Shown here piece after piece: positions 61,378 to 64,000 of a stretch of DNA of 64,000 nucleotides (the first letter of the stretch is position 1; every line of letters starts with the position of its first letter). Origin of the DNA: an uncultured delta proteobacterium (GTDB lineage: Bacteria > Desulfobacterota > Binatia > UBA9968); the NCBI GenBank assembly GCA_963727625.1, contig CAVSHR010000008.1:320001-384000 (forward strand). Reading direction: 5' to 3'. A program made the translations under genes and the position numbers. The notes beneath the pieces are model-generated. The model had not been told where the DNA came from, did not search any database, and worked only from the letters and a program-made list of their open reading frames with translations.

Positions 61378-62199
61378 ATGAGCCGAATCGAAAAAACTTT
61401 TAGCGAATTAAAAAAGCGCGGTGAAGCGGCGCTAATTCCCTTTGTCACTGCGGGAGATCCCGATCTTCCAACCACGCTCAAGATCTTGCGCGCGCTCGAC
61501 CAGGGCGGCGCCGACTGTATCGAGCTGGGCATCCCGTTTTCCGATCCGACAGCGGATGGGCCGACCATCCAGCGCTCCTCCGAACGGGCGCTCAAGAAAC
61601 CCGTTTCTCTGGCGGCTATTTTTCACTTGGTGCGCGAATTTCGCAGCGCTTCGCAAGTGCCGGTGGTGCTTTTCGGCTATTTCAATCCGATTTTCCGCTT
61701 TGGCCTGGAAAAGTTTGCCCGGCAAGCCGCCCAGGCAGGCGCCGACGGCGTGCTCTGCGTCGATCTGCCGCCGGAAGAGAGCGGCGAGCTCAAGCGTTGG
61801 ACCGATGCCGCGGGCATGGATTTGATATTCCTATTGTCACCGACCAGCGGCCCCGACCGCGTCCATCAGGTCGCGCGCCAGGGGCGCGGATTTATTTATT
61901 ACGTGTCGGTCACCGGCGTGACCGGCGCGCGCCGCTCCTTCGATGACGGCTTACGTTTCCAAGTGGAGCGCGTGCGCAAGGCTGCAGCGCTGCCCGTGGG
62001 TGTCGGTTTCGGTATTTCAACGCCCAAGCAGGCTGCCTGGATCGCCGGTTTTGCCGACGCCGCAGTGGTCGGCAGCGCGCTGGTCGAGCGGATTGAAAAG
62101 GCCAAGGGCAGCAATCAAAAGGCGAAGCAGGCGGGAAGATTTATCGCGCAGCTCAAGCGGGCGATCAGGCGCGCGGCGCGAACCAAGCGCGCCTCTTGA
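61378..62199 (+). CDS. trpA: Tryptophan synthase alpha subunit
   Basis: ELGIPFSDPTADGPTIQ, YYVSVTGVTGAR and VGFGIS. Confidence 0.98.
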   Translation: MSRIEKTFSELKKRGEAALIPFVTAGDPDLPTTLKILRALDQGGADCIELGIPFSDPTADGPTIQRSSERALKKPVSLAAIFHLVREFRSASQVPVVLFGYFNPIFRFGLEKFARQAAQAGADGVLCVDLPPEESGELKRWTDAAGMDLIFLLSPTSGPDRVHQVARQGRGFIYYVSVTGVTGARRSFDDGLRFQVERVRKAAALPVGVGFGISTPKQAAWIAGFADAAVVGSALVERIEKAKGSNQKAKQAGRFIAQLKRAIRRAARTKRAS

Positions 62200-62218
62200 A
62201 CTCGGATGATGCGAGCTG

Positions 62219-62260
62219 GAAGGGGACAGTCCCCCTTCCGGAAAGGGGACTGTCCCCCTC
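62219..62260. repeat. REP-like palindrome, copy 2
   Basis: GAAGGGGACAGTCCCCCTTCCGGAAAGGGGACTGTCCCCCTC, near-identical to 59406-59449. Confidence 0.85.
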
Positions 62261-62281
62261 GGACTCCCCTCGGACTGCTCC

Positions 62282-63592
62282 ATGGAAAATTATCTCGCGA
62301 CACTGCAAAATATTTACAACTTACAAGGCGGTATCATCGATCTGCGCCTGGATCGAATGAATCGCGCGCTGGCGCTTTTTGATCATCCAGAGGCCGCGTT
62401 CCCGTCGATTCATATTGCCGGCACCAACGGTAAGGGATCGACGGCGGCGATGCTGCATAGCATATTATCCAGCGCCGGCTACCGAACCGCGCTCTACACC
62501 TCCCCCCACCTGGTTTCTTTTACCGAACGCATGCGCGTCGACGACTATGAAATTTCACCACAGGAGGTGCTGGACATCGCCGACGAGATCTGGCGGCGAA
62601 CCGGCGCCGCCGAAGTGCAACTGACCTTTTTCGAGTTTGTCACCATGATGGCTTTTATCTATCTCGCACGCCAGCATGTCGATATTGCCGTTGTCGAGGT
62701 CGGTCTGGGCGGCAGGCTCGATGCGACCAATGTCGTCACACCGCTGGTTTCGCTGATTACGACGATTTCCAAGGATCATGAGGCATACCTTGGGCCCGAT
62801 GAGCTTTCGATCGCGCGCGAGAAAGGCGGCATTATCAAGCCGGGCGTGCCAGTGGTTTGCGGCAAGATTTCCTCAGAAGTTTCGCGCTTGCTTTTAGAAA
62901 TCGCGGCGGAGCGGCAATCGCGGGCTTATTTGTTAGGTGCCGATTTCAGTTTTTCCTTGAAAAATGACGGGCATTTCGACTATAGAGGTATAAAACAAAG
63001 TTTTCTTGATGTTACGGTGGCGCTTTGCGGCCGCCACCAGCGAGCCAACGCTTCGTTAGCCTTGGCGGCGCTGGAATTGGTTGAGAACCGTTTCCCGGTT
63101 CCTGAAAAAGCGCTGCGGGCCGGCTTGCAAAAGGTGCTCTGGCCGGGACGTCTGGAGGTTATGTCACAGCGGCCGACGGTTATCCTGGACGGTGCTCACA
63201 ACCCTGAAGGGGTTCAAGTCCTTGTCGAGGAGCTGAACGGCATTGGCCAGGGTCGGAAAATAAAGCTGCTGTTTGCGACCATGGCGGACAAAGAATGGGA
63301 AATCATGCTGCGTGCGCTGGCAAAAGTAGTGGATGAAATTGTTCTTACGAAGGTGGGCATGGAGCGCAGCGCCGATCCCGATCAATTGGCAACCAAGCTC
63401 GGCGAATCGCTTCCCCATCGCGTGCTCGACAACCCCCGAGTCGCACTGGGCACGCTATTAGATGAAGCGCAAGCCGAAGATGTCATCGTGGTGGCGGGGT
63501 CGCTTTATTTGCTGGGAGAAGTGCGTCCCATGCTGCAAGAGCTGGCAATGGCTAGAACGGACGAGAGCGGCACGGCGAATTCATCGATCTGA
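62282..63592 (+). CDS. folC: Folylpolyglutamate synthase / dihydrofolate synthase
   Basis: HIAGTNGKGST, YTSPHL, EVGLGGRLDATN, DGAHN and GSLYL.GE. Confidence 0.96.
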   Translation: MENYLATLQNIYNLQGGIIDLRLDRMNRALALFDHPEAAFPSIHIAGTNGKGSTAAMLHSILSSAGYRTALYTSPHLVSFTERMRVDDYEISPQEVLDIADEIWRRTGAAEVQLTFFEFVTMMAFIYLARQHVDIAVVEVGLGGRLDATNVVTPLVSLITTISKDHEAYLGPDELSIAREKGGIIKPGVPVVCGKISSEVSRLLLEIAAERQSRAYLLGADFSFSLKNDGHFDYRGIKQSFLDVTVALCGRHQRANASLALAALELVENRFPVPEKALRAGLQKVLWPGRLEVMSQRPTVILDGAHNPEGVQVLVEELNGIGQGRKIKLLFATMADKEWEIMLRALAKVVDEIVLTKVGMERSADPDQLATKLGESLPHRVLDNPRVALGTLLDEAQAEDVIVVAGSLYLLGEVRPMLQELAMARTDESGTANSSI

Positions 63593-63603
63593 AGCAAGCT
63601 AAA

Positions 63604-64000
63604 ATGAAATTCATCACAGGGTTTTTAACCGGCGCGCTTCTCGGCGCACTTTGCATTTTCGTTGCGCCCTCGGGTGCCGCTCAATCGACTGCCCGCGGGG
63701 CGCAGACTCAAGCCAGCGAGATCAATCTTGAAGCGGACAAACTCGAGACCGGAGACGGCTCCAGCCAGATCGAGGCCACGGGCAACGTGGTGATCAAGCG
63801 CGAAGCGACCACGTTGAAAGCCGACGAGGTCCGTTTCAATCGTGAGACTCAAGATATGGAGGCGAAGGGCAATGTCACCCTGGATGACCCCGAGTGGAAG
63901 GTCAAATCGGCGGATTCTATTCAGATGAACATGGAGAATGAGACCGGCTTGATTCAAAACGGCGATCTTTTTCTCGAACAAGGGCATATCAGCATGTCCG
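63604..64000 (+). CDS. lptD: LPS-assembly protein LptD, N-terminal part (truncated by window)
   Basis: Manual translation from ATG 63604: signal peptide then INLEADKL...IEATGNVVI....TLKADEV.FN..T...EAKGNV (OstA/LptA-like jellyroll); frame open to the window end. Confidence 0.8.
   Translation, partial: MKFITGFLTGALLGALCIFVAPSGAAQSTARGAQTQASEINLEADKLETGDGSSQIEATGNVVIKREATTLKADEVRFNRETQDMEAKGNVTLDDPEWKVKSADSIQMNMENETGLIQNGDLFLEQGHISMS

Overview
Core chromosomal segment of a GC-rich diderm bacterium. Gene order and protein style suggest a deltaproteobacterium-like organism, possibly Candidatus Binatia; this is an inference and no search was run. From left to right: a truncated minus-strand PrdB/GrdB-like gene that reads through an in-frame UGA (UxxC motif plus SECIS-like hairpin, a probable selenoprotein); yggS-yggT-yhaM-ALDH-rph-rdgB; four tRNAs; two small hypothetical genes; tRNA-Leu-tig-clpP-clpX-lon; tRNA-Val/Asp-rplM-rpsI; lptFG; rlmB; a Thr-Tyr-Gly-Thr tRNA cluster with tuf-rpmG-tRNA-Trp-secE-nusG-rplKAJL-rpoBC; and the str/S10/spc/alpha ribosomal superoperon, which has no tuf after fusA and no rpmD. 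A roughly 4.4 kb accessory block follows rplQ (sulfotransferase, c-type cytochrome, cupin, beta-hydroxyacid dehydrogenase, Tpt1/KptA), with an unexplained structured non-coding stretch on each side. The window ends with argS-SPOR-trpDCFBA-folC-lptD (partial). I saw no CRISPR array, transposase, integrase or prophage. The best leads are the selenoprotein, a Y-shaped 230-nt candidate RNA upstream of argS, the variant Tpt1 and two families of intergenic palindromic repeats.
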